Shown here: piece after piece, positions 26,863 to 41,297 of the stretch
Numbering within the stretch: the first letter of the stretch is position 1
Layout: each line of letters opens with the position of its first letter
Origin: Eledone cirrhosa
Lineage: Eukaryota
DNA length: 64,000 bases
Direction: 5' to 3'
Assembly (NCBI GenBank): GCA_964016885.1
Contig: OZ024759.1
Location: forward strand, 29,760,001-29,824,000
Translations under genes and position numbers: made by a program
The notes under the pieces: generated by a model
Seen by the model: the letters and a program-made list of their open reading frames with translations, nothing else
Told to the model about the DNA's origin: nothing
Databases searched by the model: none

Positions 26863-27895
26863 CTCTATCTATCTACATATTTATCTTCCTAGCTATCTAT
26901 GATGAGTCTATATGTGTGTATGTGTGTGTGTCTGTTTGTCTGTCACTCTGTCTCTATGCATGCATGTAGGCATGTGTATACGCATGTACGTACGCATGTG
27001 TGTACACATATTTGTATGTATGTGTCTATGCATGCCTGTATGTATGTATACGTGTGAGTGTATATGTGTGAATGCTACATTTAAGTGTTCATACAAAGTA
27101 TATAAGCATAAAACATAAGTCGTGACAGCAATCCTGAAGTGGAGTCTAGTTGTTGTTGTTGTTGTTGTTGCAGCTGTTGTTGTTGTTGTTGTTGATCATA
27201 TATCATATTAACGACAGATTTAATATTTCACAGGAAAAAAAAACACTTTAATTCTCGATTGACATAAATCTCGTTAGCAGAAATGTATAAGAAACTTCAG
27301 ATAACCTAAGCTAAACAACAGCAACAACATCAGTAATAACAGTAACAACAACAACATCAGCAGTAATAACAGTAACAACGGTAACAACAACAGTAATAAC
27401 GGTAACAACAACAGTAATAACGGTAACAACAACAGTAACAACAGCAACACTAAAAACAGCAGCAGCAGCAGTACCAGCAACAACAATAATAACATTAACA
27501 ACAGCAGCAACAATAACAACAACAGTAACAACAATAACAGGAACAACAACAACAACAACAGTAACAACAACAACATCAGCTGTAACAAGAGTAACACTAA
27601 AAACTGCAGCAGTACCAACAACAACAGGAACAACAACAACATCAGCAGTAACAAGAGTAACACTAAAAACTGCAGCAGTACCAACAATAACAGCAACAAC
27701 ATTAATAACATTAACAACAGCAGCAACAATGTAACAACAACAGCAGTAACAACAACAACAGCAACAACAGCAACAACTGTAACAGCAACTTCTAGTCCTT
27801 GTTAGGACATGATTCTAGGGGAAGGAAAACCCTGATGGAAAACCTGCGACTCAATGGCAGTCAAAGATGTTGACCTGTTTTTCCTTTTGTATACC

Positions 27896-28815
27896 TGTCA
27901 CCATTGTTGGGAGAGTGAGGTTGGTCTAGTGTAAGGCCTTTCTTGTCACCATTGTTGGGAGAGTGTGAGATTGGTCAAGTGTAAGGCCTTTCTTGTCATC
28001 ATTGTTGGGAGAGTGGGATTGGTCTAGCGTAAGGCCTTTCTTGTCACCATTGTTGGGAGAGTGTGAGATTGGTCCAGTGTAAGGCCTTTCTTGTCACCAT
28101 TGTTGGGAGAGTGTGAGATTGGTCCAGTGTAAGGCCTTTCTTGTCACTATTGTTGGGAGAGTGAGGTTGGTCCAGTGTAAAGCCTTTCTTGTCATCATTG
28201 TTGGGAGAGTGTGAGATTGGTCCAGTGTAAGGCCTTTCTTGTCACCATTGTTGGGAGAGTGGGATTGGTCCAGTGTAAGGCCTTTCTTGTCACCATTGTT
28301 GGGAGAGTGGGATTGGTCCAGTGTAAGACCTTTCTTGTCACCATTGTTGGGAGAGTGGGATTGGTCCAGTGTAAGGCCTTTCTTGTCACCATTGTTGGGA
28401 GAGTGGGATTGGTCCAGTGTAAGGCCTTTCTTGTCACCATTGTTGGGAGAGTGGGATTGGTCCAGTGTAAGGCCTTTCTTGTCACCATTATTGGGAGAGT
28501 GGGATTGGTCCAGTGTAAGGCCTTTCTTGTCACCATTGTTGGGAGAGTGGGATTGGTCCAGTGTAAGGCCTTTCTTGTCACCATTGCTGAGAGAGTGGGA
28601 TTGGTCCAGTGTAAGGCCTTTCTTGTCACCATTGTTGGGAGAGTGGGATTGGTCCAGTGTAAGGCCTTTCTTGTCACCATTGTTGGGAGAGTGGGATTGG
28701 TCCAGTGTAAGGCCTTTCTTGTCACCATTGTTGGGAGAGTGGGATTGGTCCAGTGTAAGACCTTTCTTGTCACCATTGTTGGGAGAGTGGGATTGGTCCA
28801 GTGTAAGGCCTTTCT
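27896..28815. repeat. Minisatellite, 48-bp unit (50-bp variants), about 19 copies
   Basis: TGTCACCATTGTTGGGAGAGTGGGATTGGTCCAGTGTAAGGCCTTTCT. Confidence 0.97.
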
Positions 28816-29039
28816 TCACTTAAAAAAGATTCAAGCCCAGGCATTGCTTCATATATGCCATTTTTTGCGACTATGATGCTCAAGCTTAAGTATCAATGAT
28901 GGCATTACTCGAAATCGAGTTGCAGCCATCATCATCATCATCATCATCATGTATTTATATGTATCTATCTGTCTATCTGTATGTATATATGTAACTGTCT
29001 GTATGTAAGTATGTATGTACGTATATATGTATGTATATA

Positions 29040-29818
29040 TGTGCATCTGTCTCTCTGTATGTATACAAGTATGTATGTGTATCTGTGTATCTGTGCATCT
29101 GTTTGTCTGTCTGTATGTATATGCATCTGTCAGTATGTATGCATATGTATCTCTGTATGTATACAAGTATGTATGTGTATCTGTGCATCTGTTTGTCTGT
29201 CTGTATGTATATGCATCTGTCAGTATGTATGCATTTGTCTCTCTGTATGTATACAAGTATGTATGTGTATCTGTGCATCTGTTTGTCTGTCTGTATGTAT
29301 ATGCATCTGTCAGTATGTATGCATATGTATCTCTGTATGTATACAAGTATGTATGTGTATCTGTGCATCTGTTTGTCTGTCTGTATGTATATGCATCTGT
29401 CAGTATGTATGCATATGTATCTCTGTATGTATACAAGTATGTATGTGTATCTGTGCATCTGTTTGTCTGTCTGTATGTATATGCATCTGTCAGTATGTAT
29501 GCATATGTATCTCTGTATGTATACAAGTATGTATGTGTATCTGTGCATCTGTTTGTCTGTCTGTATGTATATGCATCTGTCAGTATGTATGCATATGTAT
29601 CTCTGTATGTATACAAGTATGTATGTGTATCTGTGCATCTGTTTGTCTGTCTGTATGTATATGCATCTGTCAGTATGTATGCATATGTATCTCTGTATGT
29701 ATACAAGTATGTATGTGTATCTGTGCATCTGTTTGTCTGTCTGTATGTATATGCATCTGTCAGTATGTATGCATATGTATCTCTGTATGTATACAAGTAT
29801 GTATGTGTATCTGTGCAT
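29040..29818. repeat. Minisatellite, 90-bp unit built from degenerate microsatellite, about 8.5 near-identical copies
   Basis: 30-aa periodicity in all ORF frames. Confidence 0.95.
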
Positions 29819-30057
29819 CAATACATGTGTGTATGTATGTATGTATGTGTGTGTGTATGATCATGACTGTAAGACCCTAACCACAAAGGACCCCACCACC
29901 TGCTCCAGTATATAGCTCATCAAGCTTAAGTCCACAATTACATGATATGCCAGTCAATGGAATATGATATGATATGATATCATATGATATCATGATATTA
30001 TGGTATGAGGATATCCTCAACAATACAGTCATTAAAGTAATGACATGGTGTCACTGA

Positions 30058-30261
<204 letters not shown>

Positions 30262-30385
30262 ACAATTATATATATGTATACATGTATATATATATACATA
30301 TATATGTATATATATGTGTGTTAATATATATATATATATATACACATAATCTCCTGTCTATCCTAATTGATTGGTTTGTGCGCAT

Positions 30386-30426
<41 letters not shown>

Positions 30427-30434
<8 letters not shown>

Positions 30435-30696
30435 AAAGGATAACAAGGACGATTGATTATCCTTCATTACATTTATTGGTAGGTGACACGTGTTTCACCA
30501 CTGATCAGCTCAAGGTTCGATCTGTATCGATCTTACCCGACTCAATAATCGGCAGCTAGTCCGTCGAGCCGCCGATTATTGAGTCGGGTAGGATCGATAC
30601 AGATCGAACCTTGAGCTGATCAGTGGTGAAACACGTGTCACCTACCAATAAATGTAATGAAGGATAATCAATCATCCTTGTTATCTTTCAATATAT
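30427..30696. repeat. Near-perfect palindrome, about 125-bp arms, 17-bp loop
   Basis: ATTGAAAGGATAACAAGG...AATAATCGGC / GCCGATTATT...CCTTGTTATCTTTCAAT. Confidence 0.95.
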
Positions 30697-31097
30697 TACA
30701 CTCTGTATAGCTCTACACCTCAACACAGAAGTGAACCTAAACATCGAGTGCTCACCCGGGTGAACCTGCAGTAACTCAAAGTTACACTCCCTAGATATAT
30801 ATATATATATATAGGGAGACACAAAGCAGGCTTTGTTTAGAAATGGCAAGCGAATTTGAATATTAGATGTGCTTACGCTGTATTTGACTAAATAGTGTTA
30901 GTTGGGATTTTAAAAAAAACCTCCGAATGGTAAAAAAGATGAGTATTGACATAGATGGTACATGAACCAACATCTTTGGTTTTTGCCGGACAAATATGTT
31001 ACCAGATGTCTTACCAAGATGTCCTACACTAGTGAAAATATAAGGAAAAGAAATCGAAAATGCAACTGGAGTCTTTTTAAGAATATTTATTTGTTTC

Positions 31098-31133
31098 CTT
31101 TACCGGTTTCACTGTTTGTATGCTTTTCAAAAG
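31098..31133 (-). ncRNA. Minimal hammerhead, U3-A8 core, palindromic helix III ACCGGT
   Basis: CTT-TTGAAAA-GC atacaaaca GT-GAA-ACCGGT-A-AAG; helix II is weak. Relatives at 11591-11626(+), 11959-11994(+) and 11879-11914(-). Confidence 0.6.
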
Positions 31134-31884
31134 TAGAATTGAGATAGAGGGTTTGTGGTTTGTCTCGCATCTATATACATAAATATATATATATATATAT
31201 AATAATTGTTTCTACTATTGGCACAAGGCCAGCAATTACCCAGTACATTACTGGTACTTTATTTTATCGACCCCGTAAGGATGAAAGGCAAAGTTAACCT
31301 CGGCGGGATTTGAACTCAGAATGGCAAGCGCCGTAACTCTATACGTCAAAGCATGACGTCCGACCCTCTACCGATACTGCCAATCCACCGCCCATGATAT
31401 AACGATGATAATGATGATGATGATGATGGTGGTGATTATGGTGATGATGATGATGATGATGACGATGATAATGAAGATACTGATGCTGATGATGATGATT
31501 ATGGTGATGGTGCTAATGATGCTAATGGTGATGATGATGATGATGATGATGACAATGATGATGATTTATAGTTACATATATATATATAAATAGTCGATCG
31601 ACTTTCGTCAAATCGGACCAAGGAAACAATGTTTCCATTGGTCTTTCCAATTGCTAATACTTTCTATCGGTTGCAACTCCAGGTAGAAGGAGCAACGTGA
31701 AATGAAGTATCTTGCTCAAGGACATAACGCATCGCCTGGTCCAGGAATCGAATTTACAACCTCACGATTGTAAATCCAATTCTTTTATCACTCTTAGTCA
31801 CGTGCCTCTATATAATTCGAAATTTAAGTCAATCAACTTTCAGCAAATTGGATGATATATAATTCAAAATTTAAGTGAACTTAC

Positions 31885-32042
31885 CGGAAGTGATGTATTT
31901 GGATGAATTATAAAAGATCCAACTGGATCCATGGTGAAATTTGCTTCACCATTTGGAGAATAGTCTTCCTTCCACGCCAGCAAAGAATAATTTCCCAAAG
32001 CATCTCCATTATCGTCAATAAGGCATTGGAAACCTTGAATGC
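31885..32042 (-). CDS. Receptor guanylyl cyclase exon C (IDDNGDA.GNYS motif)
   Basis: TTTTCTAG|GC acceptor completes the Ser codon AGC with exon B; donor CCG|GTAAGT. 158 nt, IQGFQCLIDDNGDALGNYSLLAWKEDYSPNGEANFTMDPVGSFIIHPNTSLP. Confidence 0.92.
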
Positions 32043-32548
32043 CTAGAAAACAATGAAATATTGTCACTCATTAGTAAAAAAAAATTGAATTCCAATTTCC
32101 AATATTCTGCGGAAGCTTAATGGTACCACTAAGTCTTTGGTTTATAAGAAGTCTAAAGAAGATAACCATGCAACTTTCCTCTAGCCATTTTTATGAAGAA
32201 TATTGGAACCAAATCTCCTGAGAATTATATGCACTATTGTCTTGAAAGAAAAATGACACAAGAGATAGTTTAATCCTAGATATACTATGTATGTATCTAT
32301 GTATATAGGAAGGTATGTATGTATGAGGATGTATGTGGATGTATGTATGTATGTGTGTGTGCATGTATGTATGTACATGTGTATGTATGTATGTGTGTGT
32401 ATGAGTGTGTATGTATGTGTGGGTGTGTATGTATGCATGTATGTTTGTGTGTTTACACCTTACTAATGTATTGAGTACCTTACTAACTGTGGTTACCCCC
32501 TTACCCCCAATTGAACCCAGGACATATCTTTTTCATTTGCTCATTTGG

Positions 32549-32612
<64 letters not shown>

Positions 32613-32807
32613 TATATATATATTTATGTATTTCGTTTCTGAATTTGTTTAGCAAGATTCTTTATCTGAAATCGTGTGTTGAAACCGATTATATAGGTTT
32701 GTAAATTTGTAAATTTATAAATTTATAAATATATAATAAACTGAAGTGAAAGCAACTGGTGCATGTGTTTCTTATTGGCAACATGACCCTCCCAAAGTAT
32801 AACAATA

Positions 32808-32918
<111 letters not shown>

Positions 32919-32919
32919 T

Positions 32920-32956
<37 letters not shown>

Positions 32957-32966
32957 ATATATATAT

Positions 32967-33036
<70 letters not shown>

Positions 33037-33696
33037 ATGGTTTCTTATATAGGCACAAGGCCAGCAATGTTTGGGGAGAGGAAGTCGATTAAATTGACCC
33101 CAGTGTGTAACTGATACTTTATTTTATCGACCCCGTAAGGTGACCATGGCGGGATTTGAACTCAGATTATAAAGGGCCGTAACTCAATACTGCAAAGCAT
33201 GGCGTCCGATCCTACAACTATAAATACGAAAGGGTAATTGTATTACCCAATTACCAGTAAGAAAATTAGCTCAATATAAATTTTCAGATGTATTACTGCT
33301 GGAAGAAATGATCGTCAGCAATTAAATGCATTAAACAAAAATTTGATTGTTTTATATTTTGTATATATATATGTATATATATATATATATATATCATCAT
33401 CATCATCATCTTCGTTTAACATCCATTTTCCACGCTAGCATGGGTTTTATATATATATAATATAACCCAAACCAAACAGAGTATTCTATTATTATTTCTG
33501 GCAAGGATGAAAGGCAAAGTTAATCCCACCGAGGTTAACTTTGCTTTTCATCCTTGTGGGGGTCGATAAAATAAAGTACCAGTAATGCACTGGGATAATT
33601 GCTGGCCCTGTGCCAAAAGTAGAAACAATTATTATTTCTGGCAATATTATAACAATATGACCCTCCCCAAGTATATATATATATATATATACACTT

Positions 33697-33732
33697 TCTT
33701 CTGATGAAGGACTAGAGTCCGAAACGTTAAGA
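33697..33732 (+). ncRNA. Minimal type I hammerhead ribozyme
   Basis: TCTT-CTGATGA-A-GGAC taga GTCC-GAA-ACGT-T-AAGA. Helix III is reduced to the palindrome ACGT; triplet GUU. Confidence 0.75.
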
Positions 33733-33791
33733 CCCTCTTCCTGTTATATCAAGTGTTAACCTGATATTGTTGTTATTTCTGTTTACCTTTT

Positions 33792-33840
<49 letters not shown>

Positions 33841-35199
33841 GTACCAAAGCGAAATAATATTATGCAAATCTAAATATATATGCATCAAAATAAAACCATG
33901 AAAAATGAGAAAAACGTGGAATTTCCACAGGTTCTGCTGGTTTGAATCGCAAAGTTATGTCCACTAGGATTCTAATCTAGAATTCCTGGTATTTCACCTG
34001 AAGTGTAAGAATTTCTGTCATTGCTCACCCACCACACCTCAACACCCTATTATATATTTTTATTCCCTTGTTAATTTCAAATATTTTAAAACTAAAATGT
34101 GTTGAATTCCCTACCATTGTGTCAAGATTTTCTGAATAAAATTATTTCTGAGTGTTGGCCAACTGTTAACCTTTTCACTACCATATTTCTAAGGAAGAAC
34201 ATAGTCTATGTTTTTCCAATTAATTTTGAAAATAATTAAGAATAAATATCTTTTATATTTCTTTCTCAATTAACCCTTTAGCATTTACATTACTCTCTGT
34301 ATATATTATTGTATTTTCATGGTAAAGGCTTTCACACCTAATTATCTCACATAATATCAAATCTATGAGATTTTGATATTATTTATTTTGAGAACAATAC
34401 CCTAATGTTGGTATGGGTGTCTGGTTACAGCTGGTTTGGACAAAAAGAGGCAAGAGAATTCTGGTTGGATACGGCTGGTTTAAATGTTAAAGGGTTAAAC
34501 TTTGGTCTTTTTAAAATTTACTCAGACCCCTTTTAATTCAAAGGTCTGTTTTCAAAGTAGGGATTTCTTCTCCAGTTCTTCCATTGAGTCAGCTTTAAGA
34601 ACCAAACCAGGTTGCATATAGGAGTTCCCTTGGACAGGCAGTCTTAATCCTTTAGCATTTACTTTAGAATAAGTGGGGGAGTTGGAATAAGCAGAGGGTG
34701 GGGTTGGAATAAGTGGGGAGAGATGTTGGAATTAGTAGAGGGTGGGGGTTGTAATACGTGGGGGGGTTGGAATTAGTAGGTGGTTGGAATAGGCGAGGGG
34801 CTTAAAAAATAAATCGGTAATTTTTCTGGGTTGTCTTTGTTGATATTTTTTAAAAACCAGAATTAATTGTTTAGTTTACATAATTCGACACCAATCCATC
34901 CTATTTATTTTATAAGATATGAGACTTCTTGTAATATACAGATGATCTTTGATTTACCCTTGTACGGATTTTTATCATGTATAATGTTTTTTAATTTATA
35001 AAGAAAATTAATTGTCGTAGGAATGTTACAACTTAAAATGAAATTTTGTCAAAGATAGATTAGCAAAATTTAATACGTGGAGTGGCTGGAGAAAACCTGA
35101 AAAATTAATAAGTGGGGGTAGGGGAGGATTATTCAAGACACAAGAGTATATAAAATTGTAATGGAAAATTTTGATTCCGCATGGGAAAAATTTGTATTG

Positions 35200-35810
35200 T
35201 ATACTACACTATATTATATTTTACATAGTGTTCTGTACTATATCATAATAAATTATATTACACTATACTGTACTACACTATACTATATTATACTGTACTA
35301 CACTATACTATACTGTATTATACTATACTGTATTATATTATATTATACTGTGCTACACTATACTATACTGTATTATACTATACTGTATTATATTATATTA
35401 TACTGTGCTACACTATACTATACTGTACTATATACTACACTATAATATACTGTACACTACACTACACTGCACTGCACTGCACTACACTACACAACACAAC
35501 ACAACACAACACAACACAGCACTGCACTGCACTACACTACACAACACACCCCTACACTACACTACACAACACACCCCTACACTACACTACACTACACAAC
35601 ACAACACAACACAACACTGCACTATACTACACTGCACTGCACTACACTACACTACACTACACAACACAACACGCACTGCACTGCACTACACTACACTACA
35701 CTACACAACACACCCCTACACTACACTACACAACACAACACTACACTACACAACACTGCACTACACTACACTACACAACGCAACACTACACTACACTATA
35801 CTATACTAAA
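35200..35810. repeat. Pentanucleotide microsatellite (ATACT/ACACT/ACACA/GCACT)n
   Basis: Direct reading. Confidence 0.9.
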
Positions 35811-38778
35811 CAACAACTATATACCAACATCTATGGAAGACAAGAATTTCAATGACACTTGAGGGGAGATATCTCCAATAATAACAGCAATATATACTTC
35901 ACTAAACAATGGATATGATAGGTTAGGATGCTTTGGTCTAGAACATTCTATTTATTTTGTTGATTCTTCGGAGTTAACTAACATTGCCTGTCGGAACTCA
36001 TCACAAAAACATATCCAGTCTATTTTAAATGGCCATTTTTTGTGTGTGTATGTAGGTGAGGTGGGGGTGGGGTGTATGGCGGCGGTGGGATGTGTATGGG
36101 GGTGAGGTGGGGTGTGTATGGGTGTGTGTGTGGTGGGGGAGAGTGTGGGGGTGAGGGTTGGTGGTGTATATGGGGATGGTGGGGTGAGTGTGTGTGTGTG
36201 TGTGGGGGGGGCGGGGGAGTTATGGGAAAGGTGGGGGGTGTATGGGAGAGGAGGAATGTGTATGGAGGAGGTGTGGTGTGTATGGAGGAGGTGTGGTGTG
36301 TATGGGGAGGTTTTTTTCCTTTTTAGATTGTTTCTGGTTTATTTGTATTTTTGATTTTTTAGGAGATATTTTCTTTTTTTTTTTTACTTATTTTTCTTTT
36401 GGGATTTTTTCTGCATTTTTTTGTTGCTTTTTTATTTTCTATTTGGATTTATCTGTTTTTTGTTTTGTTTTATTTTAACACATAAACAAAACAGACACAA
36501 ACATACACTTACATAAACACACACACATAAACATGTACACACACATTAGCACACACAAAAATACACATACACACGCATACATAAACACACACACATATAA
36601 GCACACTTACACAAATACACAGACACAAACACACAGGCACAAAAATACACATACACAAACACACACACACACACATTCTTCCAACCTTTTCTCTCACCTA
36701 ACTTTACTCTTTTCCGATGAAGGACAAATGTCTGATACATTGAAACGTTTATTGCTGTGTTTGTGGGACAAACAATTTCTTATTTTTCGTTTCTTTTCTG
36801 GACTTATGAGAGGATGATATTTCTTAATCAATATCTTCCATTACTTTACCATCAAACTGAAATTAAACCCTCCTTATAATAGTTCTTCCCATTTGTATAT
36901 GCTCATTCGACAGTTTAATATTCATAGCTGTCGGTTGGATGTGTTAATGGCAGTAGTTGTTCTGTTTTTAAATAGAACTAGCTTTGTACTAAGTTGGTTC
37001 TTTTTACTTCGATCTCATTCAAATATTTGTTTTGTTTAGTTAGGGGTTTGTTTGTCTTAAATAAATAAATAAATAAAGATGGTCGACTAACTGTGCACGT
37101 GTGTTTTTTTCCTCTCATCACTCATCACTCTTTACCTCAAATAATTAATTCACATAATATCAAATCTATGAGATTTTGATATTATTTATCCCGGTTTCAT
37201 GGCGTAAAGTGACTGAGAGTACAAGACTTCCCCCTGGATAGGACACCAGTCCATTGCAGGGTTAAACCCCCAGCTATTACTGGTACTCATTTTCAGCTGA
37301 GTACACTGGAGCAACATGAAATGAAATGTTTTGCTCAAGAACACAACACACAACCCAGCCCAGGAATCGAACCAACAACATTATGATCATAAGTACAACA
37401 CCCTTACCACTAGGTTGTATGTCAATACAACTCCTCAAGGGAGTTGTATTGACATACAGCATTTCTAGGGCACATTTTTGAAACCAGGCAGACTCTATCT
37501 CCTCACCAGGTCTGAATATAGCAAACGCCATCTTAATCTACTAATATATATATTAAAATAACATTAAAGTTTCAGCAAAGAATCTGTTATTTTAATAAAT
37601 ATTTGCTCTACGGTTTTATATATATTTTATATATATTTATTTACATATATTTATTTACAATATATATATATTTATTTACATATTATCCTTATTGGTGTTA
37701 GGAAGGGCATCCAGCTGTAGAAACCCGCCAGACAGTCCACGCTGTAATGTGGCCGTGTAGGCAACACGGTAAAAACCTCCTAGTCCCACACTGTAAATGT
37801 GGTTGGTGTTAGGAAGGGTATCCAGCTGTAGAAAACCCGCCAGACAGTCCACGCTGTAATGTGGCCGTGTAGGCAACATGGTAAAAACCTCCCAGTCCCA
37901 CACTGTAAATGTGGTTGGTGTTAGGAAGGGCATCCAGCTGTAGAAAACCCGCCAGACAGTCCTATGCGAGCAAGACAACCACTCTTGCCTCAAGTGGGAA
38001 AACTCCCGTCCAAACCCATGCAAGCGTGGAACATGGACGTTAAACGATGATGATGATGATGATGATGAGCCCTCTTCGGATTTTAGTCTTCACATTTATT
38101 ATTATTATTATTGTGAATTCAAATCCCGCCGAGATTGACTTTGCCTTTAATCCTTACGGGGTCGATAAAATAAAGTACCAGTAATGCACTGAGAAATTGT
38201 TGGCCTTGTGCCAAAAAAGTAGAAACAATTATTATTGTGAATTGGCAGTATCGGTAGAGGGTCGGACGCCATGCTTTCCAGCATAGTTACGTCCCTTTAC
38301 GATCTGAGTTCAAATCCCGCCGAGGTTGACTTTGCCTTTCATCCTTACGGGGTCGATAAAATAAAGTACCAGTAATGAACTGGGTAATTGCTGGCCTTGT
38401 GCCTAAAGTAGGAACAATTATATCAAATAAACAAAAACTAAAAAAAATAGACGTTTGAAAAAATGTCCCCTGGCACTCCCCTGAAACAAGGCATGTGGCC
38501 CTCGGGGGACCCTCAGTTTCACATGCCTAATTTATTAGACGTTTATTCCTTATTTTCAGTATCTAGAAGAGATGAAACACCCAGCAATGGAGTTGTTCTG
38601 TTTAAGAAAACCAAAGAAATTCTGCCGACAACTTTTCAACACAAATGATTAACTAGTTCGTATTTACGCATAAATACATATTCAAACAAACAGGTCGGCA
38701 AAAAATTACACAAACGCACCTTTATATTTATATACACAGAATATATAAATACATATATAAATACATATATACATATAG

Positions 38779-38815
<37 letters not shown>

Positions 38816-38917
38816 TATACACACACACACATATATATATACATATATAAACATATATATATATATACACACACACAAACACATATATATATATACATAT
38901 ATAAACATATATATACA

Positions 38918-38954
<37 letters not shown>

Positions 38955-40054
38955 GCACACACACAAACACATATATATATATATATATACATATATAAAC
39001 ATATATATACATATATATATATATATATATGCACACACACAAACACATATATATATATATATATACATATATAAACATATACATATATATATATATATAC
39101 ACACACACAAACACATATATATATATACATATATAAACATATATATACATATATATATATACACACACACACAAACACATATATATATATATATATACAT
39201 ATATAAACATATATATACATATATATATATACACACACACAAACACACATATATATATATATACATATATAAACATATATATACATATATATATACACAC
39301 ACACAAACACATATATATATATATATATATACATATATATACATATATATATATATATGCACACACACAAACACATATATATGCATATGTACATATATAG
39401 ACACATACATACATACACACACACATATATATGCACATATACATATCCTCATCATCATCATCATTGTTTCAAATTCCGCTTTCCCCGCTAGCAAAGATTT
39501 ATATATACACACACATGCATATATATATAATCATCATCATCATCATCGTTTAGCGTCCATTTTTCCATGATATATATATGTGTGTGTGTGTGTGTGTGTA
39601 TGTATGTGTCACACACACACACACATATATACACAAACTGCAATAGATACAGAAAACCTGATGAAGTATGTTATTTAATAAAAACAAAAATGAAAAATGG
39701 AAAAAAGGCGCGTTTTAGGAAGAAAATCTTTGTAATGGCATTTCTAAGTTAACGCCAATGTATGCATCTGTGCATCTGTGCATCTGTGCATCTATGCAGC
39801 TGAATCAGAAACAAAAGCCGCATCTTTGGAAGAGGCAAAGTTTTAAAGAATGAGCAGAGACAGAAAAGAAGAAGATAGGAAACAAAGGAGAGTAGGAGAG
39901 AGAAGAGAGAGAGAGATATATATATAGAGAGGGGGGGGGGGAGAAAGGGAGAGGGAAAGAAAGAGAGAAGAAAAGAGAAAGAGGAAGGAAGAGAGAGAGA
40001 GAGAGAGGAAATGAGAGAGAGAGAAAGGATGAGAGAGAAAAAGGGAGAAAGAAA

Positions 40055-40087
<33 letters not shown>

Positions 40088-40354
40088 GAGAAGGAAACAA
40101 AAGAAAGAGATAAAGAAAGAAGTAAAGGAAAGAAGAAAGGAAATAAATAAATGAAGAAAGAAAGAAAGAAAGAGGGAGAGAAGGAAACAAAAGAAAGAAA
40201 GAGGGAGAGAAGGAAACAAAAGAAAGAAAGAGCGAAGAAAGAAAGAATGAGAGAATGGAAGAGAAATAACTGCCAATAAATGGATGTTTGAGATTATGTT
40301 GGGTTACATGGAAAGTTGCCGCAAGACGGAAAGAAAAAATATGTTGAATCTTAC

Positions 40355-40490
40355 TTTGGAATCGCTTGTTGCGTATTCTGTTAATGACATCTGTACCATT
40401 TCGTATATTGAGATTTTCTAGCAGCATGTTATGAATACATTCGGCATATAAATACACTGCATCGTAGAGGTGTGCAGCAAATAATGGCAC
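40355..40490 (-). CDS. Receptor guanylyl cyclase exon B (AAHLYDAV motif)
   Basis: TTGCAG|GTG acceptor and CAAA|GTAAGA donor. 136 nt, VPLFAAHLYDAVYLYAECIHNMLLENLNIRNGTDVINRIRNKRFQ+A. AxLYDAVxLYA and NG..I...I.N..F are typical of NPR/receptor-GC ectodomains. Confidence 0.92.
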
Positions 40491-40750
40491 CTGCAACAGT
40501 ATATATAGAATATATTAGAGGTGACAGATTGGTGATATTTTGACACTGTGTTGTAGAGATATGGGCAACAAATGATTGTTTCTACTTTTGTCACAAGGCC
40601 AGCAATTATCCCAGTGTATTACTGGTACTTTATTTCATCGACCCCGTAAAGCAAAGTTAACCTCGGCGGGATTTGAACTCAGAATGGCAAGGGCCGTAAC
40701 TCTATGCGTCAAAGCATGGCGTTCGACCCTCTACCGATACTGCCAATCCA

Positions 40751-41295
40751 ATGATTTCATTTATTGGTCACAAGGGCCGACATATAGGGGACAATACAAA
40801 AGACTGGGACAGTGGGGTTTTACAGAAAAATCGAGTAAACAATATGAATAACAATAACAAAGTAACAATAAAAATACAACAAGAAAAATTCCCCAATGGA
40901 GGGGATGACCACCCAGGCTTCGCTCGGGTACCCCACCAATCCTGAACGACCCGACGCTTCGAGAGCACCCTGGAAGGGCATCCCCTCTCCTCCTCAAATT
41001 TACCCACCTACAACCGCATTACCAGAGTAGGCCCACTCACACGGGCCATTCTCGCCACATTCACCCACCTTTTAGCAAATGTACTGGGGGGGGGGGGCAG
41101 CACTTTTCTCTCCACCCTCACTTTCCTTTCCAAGTGAAAATTGAAAAAGTTGATGAGGGATTGGCCAAAGAGAAAGTGTCTGTCTTCAGTCCTTTCAACC
41201 TCGTCCACCATACAACCTCTTTCGCTACTGCCACCAGACAGAGGAAAATTGCCTGCCCTTCCTGGCCAAAAGAAGGCGGTGGGTCGATCTTCACT
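40751..41295 (-). mobile_element. L1/Tx1-like LINE 3' fragment
   Basis: Frameshifted C-terminus AVAKEVVWWTRLKG...RVERKVL...FAKRWVNVARMARV, then a 3' UTR ending CCCTTGTGACCAATAAA. Confidence 0.65.
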
Positions 41296-41297
41296 AT

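Noticed and set aside
27896-28815. CRISPR-like appearance of the 36-48-bp arrays (also 12577, 51615, 54004)
   Set aside because: Units are contiguous with no unique spacers, there are no cas genes, and the context is eukaryotic.
39655-39700. CTGATGA followed by an A-rich stretch
   Set aside because: No helix II pairing and no properly placed GAAA or NUH.
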